DNA from: Octopus bimaculoides
Taxonomy: Eukaryota
Assembly (NCBI RefSeq): GCF_001194135.2
Contig: NC_068984.1
Coordinates: 106,060,692 to 106,124,691, forward strand
Direction of reading: 5' to 3'
Length of the DNA: 64,000 nucleotides
Of the stretch, positions 14,672-26,494 are shown piece after piece (the stretch's first letter is position 1; each line of letters starts with the position of its first letter). Position numbers and translations under genes: made by a program. The notes under the pieces were generated by a model, which worked only from the letters and a program-made list of their open reading frames with translations, searched no databases and was not told the DNA's origin.

Positions 14672-14870
14672 TGTGTCTGTGTTTGTCACCCCACCATCGC
14701 TTGACAACCAATGCTGGTGTGTTTACGTGCCCGTAACTTAGCGGTTTGGCAAAAAGAGAACGATAGAATAAGTACTAGGCTTACAAAGAATAAGTCCTGG
14801 GGTTGATTTTCTCGACTAAAGGCGGTGCTCCAGCATGGCCGCATTCAAATAACTGAAACAAGTAAAAGAG
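14413..14870 (+). mobile_element. tRNA-derived SINE family B, full length with internal (TA)/(TG) microsatellite (other copies e.g. 15062-15450 -, 53445-53808 -, 13.4-14.4 kb, 24.4-25.1 kb)
   Basis: Head TGGCTGTGTGG...GGTTCAGCCCC, conserved body, aacaagtaaaagag tail; many near-identical copies in the window. Confidence 0.85.
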
Positions 14871-15572
14871 ATTATAAATATAATCTGAAATACACACACA
14901 CACACACACACACTCTCACATACTTTCACATGTTTGTATGTGTGTGTGTGTGTGTGTGTGTATACGCCCGTCTTAACTTCACATGATGGTTGTAAAGAAG
15001 CAGCATTGTCAGTGTTTTATGAAAAAAAAAAAAAACATGACTGGTTATTCTTTTTCTTTTTTTCTTTTACTTATTTCAGTCATTTGACTGCGCCCATGCT
15101 GGAGCACCGCCTTTAGTCAAATCAAATCGACCGCAGGACTTATTCTTTGTAAGCCTAGTACTTATTCTATCGGTCTCTTTTTGCCGAACCGCTAAGTTAC
15201 GGGGACCTAAACAAACCAGCATCAGTTGTCAAGCGATGTTGGGGGGACAAACACAGATACACAACATATACACACATACATATATATATACATATATACG
15301 ATGGGCTTCTTTCAGTTTCCGTCTACCAAATCCACTCACAAGGCTTTGGTCGGCCCGAGGCTATAGTAGAAGACACTTGCCCAAGGTGCCATGCAGTGGG
15401 ACTGAACCCGGAACCATGTGGTTGGTAAGCAAGCTACTTACCACACAGCCTACCTGGTTTGGAAACAGGCAGGGGTTGGTGAGAGGAAGGGCATCCAAAT
15501 ATTGAAACTCTGCATCAGAAAATTCCATTTGTCCCAACAAGTATGGAAAATGGACATTAAATGATGATGAGG

Positions 15573-15619
<47 letters not shown>

Positions 15620-16018
15620 TGTCTGTTTGTTATGACATTACATGATAGCTGTAAATGGGCATCACTATCACACAGATGGTGTCATTCCTTTCCAATCTTC
15701 TGTAAAAAGACATCTCCATAGAAAATCTGCCTCAATAAACTCCAGCCAAATCAAGCAAGCATGGAAAAGTGGAAGTTAGGGTGATAATGAGGTTAATGTT
15801 AATATACACATGATTGGTCACATCCTCAGGCAAAGTCGACCTAGGCGGAATTTGAACTCAGAACGTAGCGGCAGACGAAATACGGCTAAGCATTTCGCCT
15901 GGTGTGCTAACGTTTCTGCCAGCTCGCCGTAGAGTGTGTAGCAAAGAATGATGAATGTCCCTGGTCCATTGCCATAAGGATTGGCATAATCATAATCATC
16001 ATCATCTGATCTGAAATA

Positions 16019-16059
<41 letters not shown>

Positions 16060-16662
16060 AGTGTTATGTAACTGCTGTGCTTGTGATGACGTGTTGAGCT
16101 GAGTGAAATTGAGGTCATGGCCAATACCAGTGGTGTCTGACTGGCACCCATGCAAGTCGCATGTAAAAAGCACCATTTGTGCATTGGGCCTCATGAAGGC
16201 AGTGACAGGTGACTGAAACCTTTGACAATATACTGTACTTGTGTAGACCTCTCAAGCCAAGTGAGACCACAGCCAAGGCCGATGTTGGTATCAGGTCAAT
16301 AGCACCTGTGCCAGTGGCACATAAAAAACACCCACTACACTCTTGGAGTGGTTGACACTAGGAAGGGCATCCAGTCATAGAAACCTTGTCAAATCAGATC
16401 GGAATCTGGTGCAGCTCCCCAGCTTACCAGTTTTCAGTCAAACCGTCCAACCCCTGCCAACATGGAAAATGGACAAAATCCACTACTACTGATATAATGA
16501 AACAGTGACTGAAAAATCACTCATGCTCAGATTAGCCAGCAGGAGGCTAAATAAAAAAATTTCATGCATGACAGAAATGATATTAGTTTAAAATAGTAAT
16601 CTCTGAATCATACTTAAAGCAGATATATCACTGAAAGCATACTTAACTGTGGTATTCATTCT

Positions 16663-16697
<35 letters not shown>

Positions 16698-16862
16698 TGC
16701 ATATAAAGCAAACTTCTTCATTGTTAGGTAGGAGTTTGTAAAATAACTTATTTTCTTTCATTTTATATCAAAAGACTTTGAAATGTATGAACTTGTAGCT
16801 AAACCAAAAGCAGTTACAACAATAATGATATCAAAATGGTTAAGGAATTTTAAGATACTTAC

Positions 16863-16940
16863 ATTGATCAGGCTTCTTTCAGAGCCAATTAGTGCCATTA
16901 AAGCTCCAAGTGCTGATACTCGCTCCAGTGTAGGTGTGTC
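16863..16940 (-). CDS. FOCAD: Focadhesin exon 7 (DTPTLERVSALGALMALIGSERSLIN)
   Basis: Acceptor tttgtatttag, donor AAT|gtaagt; 78 nt, phase 0/0. Matches recalled human GTPTMLCLAALHGMVALVGSE. Confidence 0.9.
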
Positions 16941-18238
16941 CTAAATACAAATATAAATAATTGTTATATACTTGTGATACATATTTTCACAAAGCATTTT
17001 ACTTATGATTTAATTGAATGTCCTCTGGATATATGTAGTCATCAATAATCATTTAAAACAATAAAAATGTTGTTTCCTTACACCCTAGTTTTGATTATTC
17101 TATTCTTTGTGACAGCAAACATGACACACAAAGAGCTACATCAATTAGTAATATATTTTATCTAGTAAAAATTCATTATGAATTTACAAAGTCATCACTG
17201 AGACAATCTTGTTGTAATTAATATTAAAGCAAATTGTAACATAATACGGTACAAAGATTTCTTAACCAAATTGCTTTTCTGAAGAATTAAAATAACTATC
17301 TTAAACCAATCTCAACAGCTCATTGCAAGGTACCATTCTCAATCATGCCTGAAGAAACTTTAAATTCTTTGAGAAATTTTGTTGTTTAGATTTTTCTCTT
17401 TCTCATAAATAATTCATTAACCAATAACTTTACCCAATCCCATATTAATAATGCAACTCACTGGTTCTGTTCCTGATTTAAATTCAATTCTAGCAGGCAT
17501 GATGAACAAGAAATATTTCTATGCTGACCAGTTTTTATCTGACAAATTAAAAAGCATTTTAATCTTTTTGATACCAAACCATTTAAAATGCCCTGGATCT
17601 ATGATATTAACTTTCTGCTTTAAAATGATGTAATTTAAAGGCTCCTCTTAAAATTTCATGTTTACTCATGTCCCAAACACAAGCTTAATAATGACAAGGC
17701 TATTTTACTCGACAAAATGGAATAGGCAGGCAAGGGGAGACACATGAGACAGAGAGTTTCTGATGAGGTCACAGAGTGTGTGACAAAAGTACTTTCATGG
17801 AGAAAAAAAAAAAGAAAAACTAATAAAACTAAATTGAACATCAAAGAAATAGTACATGTGTTTAATTGGCAATGAATGAAATAAAGTATAACAATATCTG
17901 TTTCAACACGAATCTTGCAAAACAAATACATAAACATATTTATTTGACTAGATTTTTCAATATTTTCAAATTGAATCCAAACAAAAGCATTGTATTTCAA
18001 CATAATTAGGGTAAGAAAAGGATTAAAGTGAACTAAATTAAAAATCTCTCACAAGATATGAATTGACGCTAAGTTATTGCAAAAAGATATTTGCCTAAGA
18101 TGCCACCCAGTAGGACTGAACCCAGGACTTTATGATTACAAAGCAAATTGCGTAACTATTTAGTCATACTCTGTTGTTACACACTGTATCACAGCTATGC
18201 TACATGCATACACGCATAAGAATAAATATAGACAATAT

Positions 18239-18298
<60 letters not shown>

Positions 18299-18923
18299 NN
18301 NNNNNNNNNNNNNNNNNNNNNNNNNNNNNNNNNNNNNNNNNNNNNNNNNNNNNNNNNNNNNNNNNNNNNNNNNNNNNNNNNNNNNNNNNNNNNNNNNNNN
18401 NNNNNNNNNNNNNNNNNNNNNNNNNNNNNNNNNNNNNNNNNNNNNNNNNNNNNNNNNNNNNNNNNNNNNNNNNNNNNNNNNNNNNNNNNNNNNNNNNNNN
18501 NNNNNNNNNNNNNNNNNNNNNNNNNNNNNNNNNNNNNNNNNNNNNNNNNNNNNNNNNNNNNNNNNNNNNNNNNNNNNNNNNNNNNNNNNNNNNNNNNNNN
18601 NNNNNNNNNNNNNNNNNNNNNNNNNNNNNNNNNNNNNNNNNNNNNNNNNNNNNNNNNNNNNNNNNNNNNNNNNNNNNNNNNNNNNNNNNNNNNNNNNNNN
18701 NNNNNNNNNNNNNNNNNNNNNNNNNNNNNNNNNNNNNNNNNNNNNNNNNNNNNNNNNNNNNNNNNNNNNNNNNNNNNNNNNNNNNNNNNNTATATATATG
18801 TGTGTGTGTGTATAATATAAATTTAATTAGAGGATATGTGAACCTTGTGAAGGGATGGTTGCATCCAAGTAAATACTGATTCAATACCTAGTATTTTGGG
18901 GGAATGAAATTCCCTTAAAACAA

Positions 18924-19363
18924 TAGGTATATATAAAGCATATAGTTTATATTCATTTAAAAGAAGAAAAGAAAATAGAGATAAGGAAGTTGATAATTTA
19001 TTATTAACAAATTGGTCATCTTCACTTCATACAGCTGTTTCAATTAATACTCAATAATCTAATTACAAATTTGTACAATAAATTTACATTTATGTGACAT
19101 GAGCATGATTTCATCAGAAAGAAAAAGATGTACCTTTGGATATTATATGAGGGCTTATCAATTCATTTCAGCAGAATCTGATGAAATTTTACTCATGTCA
19201 CATTTAATGTACAATTTAATGTAAATTTAATGTACAAATTTGTAATTAGATTATTGAGTATTAATTGAAACAGCTGTAAGAAGCAAAGATGACTAATTTG
19301 TTAATAATAAACAATTATTAACTTCCTTATCTCCATTCTTTTTCCTTCTTTTATATATACCTA
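18924..19363. repeat. Long imperfect inverted repeat containing hammerhead-like cores
   Basis: Arms 18924-19117 and 19178-19363 are reverse complements; termini TA-GGTATATATAA...TTATATATACC-TA. Confidence 0.85.
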
Positions 19364-19589
19364 GAAGAAATTGTTTTGTAGAATGAATTGATCCCATTAT
19401 ATTATTTTCTTTTAAGCCTGGTACTTGATCATTCCCTTTTGCTAAACTGCTAAGTTACAGAGATATAAACACACCAACAATAGTTATCAAGTGGTGGTGA
19501 GGGACAAATGAAAAAATGTTTGTATAAAAAGAAAAGGAAACACTATATCCCATCCAAAAATAATGGTGTTTTAAAAACATGAAAAATTT

Positions 19590-19820
19590 GAACAAAGTTA
19601 TAGCCGGGAGATAACAGTTTACTTGAAGTAGCAGCCTTCAGCTTCCAACACGGCCTGAAGATGGCTCTAGAACTTCATGCATGAACTCTTCACTGTGTCC
19701 CTTGGAAGATCTTTAAATACTTCCTTGATGTTAGCTACCAGCTTGGTCTTGGTGTTGCAAGTAGAGTGTTTGGTGTCTTTCTCAACTACACACAACACAG
19801 TAACCCATGGGACTACAAGT
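19590..19820 (-). mobile_element. 3' fragment of a maT/Tc1-like transposase
   Basis: Minus strand encodes SPMGY.V..VVEKDTK.S.CNTK...IKEVFKDLPRDTV...LEA. Confidence 0.6.
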
Positions 19821-20300
19821 GGAGGAAATAGGGGTGGATTTAATAGGCATGTCCCTTAAAGCTACTCTTAATTTCTCTATAAATTTGAATGTTCTTTTCA
19901 AAATACTACCTATCCAACAATGTTGGTTTGAATTTGTAATGACTAATGTATTATCTCATCTGTCTCTGTCTGATAACTGTTTAAAATTTTACCTGAAGAT
20001 GGCGGATTAAATGTTATGACGTAATTCATAAAAACATCAATAAAATTCTATTGGAACAGCGAATGTAAATTTTGAATCTCGTCTATGTTCTCTTATTTTA
20101 CAACTATATCAACTCTATGGCTTGAATTGAATTTCATACTTATATATCTACTGTATGCTACAAATACTTGATACCTTCATTGTTGTTTTACTTCATTGTG
20201 AATCTTATGTTATTGTACCCAGCTATGTCTGGCACCCTATGTGTTGGTGTACCTAGATTCTATTGAATCCTATACCTAATACACACACACACACACAGCA

Positions 20301-20332
<32 letters not shown>

Positions 20333-21498
20333 CCATACATTTAACATATACACACATGCATCTATATATTAACTAATGACCTATCAAAAACTGTTATAAC
20401 ACTTGCCGACAAAGGCTGAAGTTGGAAATAAGTGGGCATCATCTTTTTGTTAAGAATAAAATACTTTGCCCAGTAATTCTGACTGTATAGAGCAGAATAT
20501 GTAAATTTATTTTTCTTGTATGGTTAATTAGATTTATTTTCTTCATGTCAAACACTTTAAACTATCTATATTTCTCTGTGTAATATTCAGAAATAGAAAG
20601 TTTGTCTTTCTTAGAGTTCTTTACCAAAGCTAATACATTAAGATAATATTCTTGGTGCATCTACAAAATATTTGTCAATATCACCGATATTTACAGCCAC
20701 CTTCTGAATTTAGTTATAAATTCTGAAAGTTGAGCTTTTTGTGTAACATACTGCATTTAATGCAGTAGTAGTATTGAAACAGTGACCACGTTTGGATAAC
20801 TATTAGAAGGATTCTGTTAAAAAAAATTCTAGTGAAATCTGGCAAGCATAATATTGAGCTAACACTTCAAAAATATCTGTATTACAATACAGCTAATGAA
20901 TGCTAAAAACATGCATATGATGCAGTGTATTTTTGCTGGAAATGAAATGTTTTGTCCAGAAATTCAAATATACAAAATATGCAGATTTTATTTTATTGTG
21001 CATATGTGTGTGAGTGTGAACACACACATATATATAACATTTAATATTTTCCTTGAATCAAACGCTTAAATCTATGTTTTACATTTCTATGTAGAAAATA
21101 GATGAAAATAGAAATTCTTCAAAGTTCTTTGCTAATGTTAATAAGTTAAAGCTTTCAGATAATATACATGCTACGTTCACAAAATATTTGTCAATATCAC
21201 ACAGACATATATCTTTTATAATTTGTCTTTTGGTTGTTACAGTCATTAGATTGTGGCCATGCTGGGGCACCACTTCGAAGAATTTTTAGTCAAACAAATC
21301 AACCCTAACACTTTTTTAAAACTTGGTATTTATTCTATTGTCTTGTTTTGCTGAACCGCTAAGTTAGAGGGATGTTAACAAACCAACACTGTTTGTCAAG
21401 TGGTGTAATAGGGAACAAACACAGACACACACAAACGTATATAACAGGCTTCTTTTCAGTTTTATTGACGGATATTTGTCCTTATCTTGTTTGTTGTT

Positions 21499-21544
21499 AA
21501 CACAACATTTCAGCTGATATACCCTCCAGCCTTCATCAGGTGTC
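21499..21544 (-). ncRNA. Minimal hammerhead motif of the SINE-borne family (left arm of fold-back)
   Basis: GACAC-CUGAUGA-A-GGCUG-gagggtatat-CAGCU-GAAA-UGUU-GUGUU; the ACGU palindrome has decayed to AUGU at a CpG. Confidence 0.65.
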
Positions 21545-21640
21545 TTGGGGAAATTTCAAACCTGGGTTCTCATTCCTAAGGTATTTTTCTATGTTGTTGT
21601 TATTATTATCATTATTCAGGTCACTGATTCCAGGCAGTGA

Positions 21641-21685
<45 letters not shown>

Positions 21686-21747
21686 TAATAATAATAATAA
21701 CAGAAAAATACCTTAAGAATGAGAACCCAGGTTTGAAATTTCCCCAA

Positions 21748-21793
21748 GACACCTGATGAAGGCTGGAGGGTATATCAGCTGAAATGTTGTGTT
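21748..21793 (+). ncRNA. Minimal hammerhead motif of the SINE-borne family (right arm of fold-back)
   Basis: Identical in sequence to the left-arm motif, in opposite orientation. Confidence 0.65.
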
Positions 21794-21976
21794 AACAACA
21801 AACAAGATGAGGACAAATATCTGTCAGATGTAAATAATGTAAATAATGTACACAATTCCTCATCTCTTAGATATAGAACTGTACTCTTTCAGTTTTGTCT
21901 TCCAAATCAGTTGACCTGAGGCTATTAGTAGAAGACACTTGCCCGAGGTGCCACACAGTGGCAGAACACAGAACCA

Positions 21977-22023
<47 letters not shown>

Positions 22024-22027
<4 letters not shown>

Positions 22028-22219
22028 TAAGGTACTCAGAAACCTGGATGTTTGTACATTTACAGATTTTTATTAATGTCACATATTAAATGAAGCGCTT
22101 TTCACCTAGTCGTGTAGGTTTTTCAAATTTCACGACTAGGTGAAAAGCGTTTCATTTAATGTGACATTAATAAAAATCTGTAAATGTACAAACATCCAGG
22201 TTTCTGAGTACCTTAATTT
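22024..22219. repeat. Near-perfect ~90-bp hairpin with a 16-nt loop
   Basis: Arms 22024-22114 and 22131-22219 differ by one mismatch and a 2-nt indel. Confidence 0.95.
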
Positions 22220-22406
22220 TTTTCAATATAATTTCTGTACATCAGCTCCAAACCTTCAAATATCATCATCATCATCGTTTAACATCCGCTTTCCATGCTA
22301 GCATGGGTTGGATGATTTGACTGAGGACTGGTGCAACCGGATGGCCACACCAGGCTCCAATCTAATTTGGCAGAGTTTCTACAGCTGGATGCCCTTCCTA
22401 ATGCCA

Positions 22407-22447
<41 letters not shown>

Positions 22448-25274
22448 AACATGCACATGCATACTTGAATGTACATGCATATACATATACATAACAAAAA
22501 TGCGTAAAGATAACCCAGAATGGCCACTGTATCTGAATAACAGTGATGAATAAAGCTACATTGGGTATATTAAATGACATACAATATAATTTGTTAATTC
22601 ATTATTTCCATTTCCAGAGAAGGTAGAACAATAGCATGATAGCAATTGGAACCAGCTCCAAATAAAGGTCAATAATCTCTTTTGTATATATCTCTAGGTA
22701 TCTTGTACAGCTGGACACAAGTTAGGACAACTGCTGTGCTGATGATACCAATTGAGATAGGAAAAGGTGTCTGCATATGTCCTCTTGTTCCTTGACAATC
22801 AGTTTGTTCTTGATAGAATGTCAATTTTGGAGTTTTTATATCTGAGATTATCTCACCTTCTTGCTTGGTGCTGGTTACAATTGATATTCAGTGAATTTCC
22901 TATCTTTTCTAGAAATGGGTACAATTTCAATAAATCAAGAACTTATTTTGTATGTTATTTACTATACCTTTACTTGTCTTTCTTGTACATATTTATGTAT
23001 GTACATACATTCAATGAATGCGACATCAAAATCATGCGTAAATGGCTCCTTTCTCCGGAAAAGGAAAGATTTGGCTGTTATTTCTTGCACACCCTGCTAC
23101 CATGTAACAAGTATTTTGGGGTCATTTATCACAAATAGCTGTTACGTGATAGTAGGGCATGCAAGAAATAGCAGCCAAATCTTTGGAGCTGAGATATGTT
23201 CAATGTACTCCAAAAAAGTTTTGTAATGATATTCCCTTGAGGTGAACTTTCACTTTGACTCTTAGAACTGGATCAGCTGGTTTTCGTTAATTTCTGTAAA
23301 GAATTTTTATCTATTTACTTTTGTTTTAAAGTGAAAGATGAATGAACGTGTATTTGAAATAGATGTGTGTGTGTGAAAGAGTGAGAGAGAGAGAGTGCCA
23401 CTTACACATACATGAGAATACGCATGTTCACACACACACTCTCTCTCTCCCCCACTCACACAAATGCACACATACATACAAAAGAGATATACACATATGT
23501 GTCGATGTATGTACGTATTCATGACAACACACCCTTTCACTCACTCTTTTTCTCTCTTTCTCTAACACACACATGTCCACTTCATACACATGTACATACA
23601 TCTTTCAGTTTCTCCTCTTTCACTTTAAAAAGAAAGTAAATAATTAAAAATTGTTTATGGAAATTAACGACTTGAATTTAATAAAAAAAAAACATTAAAA
23701 TATTGTCAGTTTAAAGAAAGCTAAAATATAAATACTTACTGTACAAACAACTTACATTTTTGAAATCACATTCAGTTAAAAATATTTCTAAATGATTAAA
23801 ATATTGTGTACGTCAAAAAGTCGATGTTTTTTTCCCTCAGAGAGCGTGAAGACTATGCGTGTGTGTATGTCACAGATAGCAGACATGTGTTTGTGTTGAT
23901 TGACATACCATGACATCCATTATATGTGTGTTTATCTGTATATGTGTGTTGACATCAAGGAAGCCATGTTTTTTCATCAAGAAATAACAAACAAAAATTG
24001 TGTTTACTCGTTTTCATTAATAAATAGAAGTCCAAATGTCACACAAATTTGTACTGTACTGCCAAAGGTAAATATGAAATTAAATATGCAAATAAAATTA
24101 AGATAAAATATACTATTTCTGAGATATTTTGGGTACAGACAAACATCCCTAGAGTTTGAGTACTATTAAAATGTATGACACACACACACATATATATGTA
24201 TACATGCAGCTATGCCAAGCCCATACCTAGTTTAAACATATAAATCCACTGCAGTTCAGATAAACTGCCTTTAAAAGATGTTGAGACTATCTTTAGATCA
24301 AGAATTACAGCTCAAAGCCATCCTGAAGATAGTTCAAGTTGTTCTTTATGAAAATGCACAAAAAATGTAAACAGGTGTCTGTGTGGTAAGAAGCTTGTTT
24401 CCCAACCACATGGTTCCAGGTTCAGTCCCACTGTCAGGCACCTTAAGGAAGTGTCCTTTATCATAACCTCAGGCTAACCAATGCATTGTTAGTGGATTTG
24501 GTGGACAGAAACTGAAAGAAGCCCATCATATATATGTATATATCTTTTATCTTTTACTTGTTTCAGTCATTAGACTGCAGCCATGCTGGGGCAATGCACT
24601 GAAGAATTTTAGTCAAATGAATTAACCCTAGTACTAGTTATTTTCTGTAAAGCCTGGTACTTAATCTATTGAACTCATTTGCTGAACCACTAAATTACAG
24701 GGATGTAAACAGATCAACACCAGTTGTCAAGTGATGGTCCACATATATGACAGATTTTCTTTCAGTTTCTGTCTACCAAATCCACTCACAAGACTTTGGC
24801 CAGCGTGAGGCTATAGTAGAAGACACTTGCCCAAGGTATCACACAGTGGAGCTGAACCTAGAACCATGTGGTTAGGAAGCAAACTTCTTACCACACAGCC
24901 ACGCCTGCACCTATAAAGTAATATCTAGATTGTGTGTGTTTATGTTTGTTCCTCCCCCACTGCTTGACAACTGGTGTTGGTGTGTGTATGCCTCTGTAAC
25001 TTAGCAGTTTTCCTAAAAGAGATAAATAGAATAAGTGCCAGACTTGAAAAGAAAGTTGAGGTCGATTCATTCAGTTAAAACTTATTCGTGGATGTAGTCC
25101 AAAAACTAAAACATCTAAAAGATAACAATGAACTACAGAAACTACAAATAAATTCTACTTTTACTTTCTTACATTTTTGAGGAAAGTGTTCTTGTTTTTG
25201 TTTTTCAAAATACTATACAAGTACTTTTATATAATTACTTCAAATTAATTAATTTTCTAATTGAGAAATATCTG

Positions 25275-26494
25275 CAGGGGTTGGACAAAATAATGGAAAT
25301 GCATTAAAATTTCAAACAAATTTATTTTAATATGGGGTAGGACTTCTTTTGCTGTAATTACAGCTTGAATTCTATGAGGTATGGACACGTACAAAGTTTG
25401 AATTGTTTCCAAAGGAATTTTTGTCTATTCTTTAGCTAAAACAGTCTCCAGTTCCTGTAGTGATGATAGTGGAGGATATCGACTCCTTACTTGTCTTTCT
25501 AAAATGCACCATAAATGTTCAATAATATTGAGATTTGGGGACTGTGGTGGCCAGATAAGATGTTCAACTTCACTAGAATGTTCNNNNNNNNNNGGGACTG
25601 TGGTGGCCAGATAAGATGTTCAACTTCACTAGAATGTTCGTCGTGCCATTCAGTAACAAATTTAGCTGTGTGAATTGGTGCATTATCATCCTGAAAGATT
25701 ACATTTCCCTCTGGAAACAGTTCTGCAAACCTAGGATGAATTTGATCATCACAAATCTTCCTCTGTGTTTAACAGTTGGAAGAAGGCAGTCTGGGTCAAA
25801 TGCTTCTTTTGGCTGTCTCCACACATATACTCAGCCAGTAGTCGGAAATAAGGTAAAGGATGACTTGTCCGAGAAAATAACATTCTTCCACTGCTCTAGG
25901 GACCAATTCTGTAGGTTTTTACTTCACTCTAAATGCTTTGCAACATTTGTTTTTGAAAGTAGTGGTTTTCTGATTGCAGCCCTCTCTTGAAATCCGGCTT
26001 TGTGCAGTTCCCGGCGGACAGTTTTTTGTGGAAACTGTGTTCTAGAGGTGGTCATTAAGCTCTGCAGTAATTTTGGGAGTTGTACTTTTGTGATCCTTTC
26101 TAACAATTTGCGTAAGAGTCCGACGTTCCTTATCTGAAAGTTTTGGTTTTCTTCGGAGTTTTGTTTTGACGAGGCGGTTTTTCCCTTTTCCTCAAAGGCT
26201 GTCATTACTTTTGAGACAGTACTTCTTGATCCACAAAACATTTCAATTGTTTTCATTATACTCTCGCCTGCTAAATGAACACCAACAATTTGACCTCTTT
26301 GAAAGTCCTATAGATCTGTCATTTTAATGAATTTTAATTACCTTTTTCTGATGATATCTGAAGCAAAACATATTAAGCAACACTAATATTAAATCAAAAA
26401 ACATAAAAATAAACAAGCTTTTGATGGTTTTATAGATATTTCAAAATTATGATGCTATGATGCTAGGTGTTTCCATTATTTTGTCCAACCCCTG
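25275..26494 (-). mobile_element. Tc1-family DNA transposon, decayed
   Basis: TIRs CAGGGGTTGGACAAAATAATGGAAA; TA on the right, TG on the left. Transposase remnant TVRRELHKAGF...AAIRKPLLS followed by VIFSDKS. Confidence 0.9.

Noticed and set aside
19991-20020. CCTGAAGATGGCGG as a possible hammerhead 5' half
   Set aside because: No stem II complement or GAAA follows.
22024-22050. GGTACTC-A-GAAAC resembling the 3' half of a hammerhead
   Set aside because: No CUGANGA upstream and no UH/stem I downstream.
25538-25639. 46-bp direct repeat inside the Tc1 element, and a similar repeat around 43296-43305
   Set aside because: Identical copies flank a 10-N gap, the signature of unmerged contig overlap.
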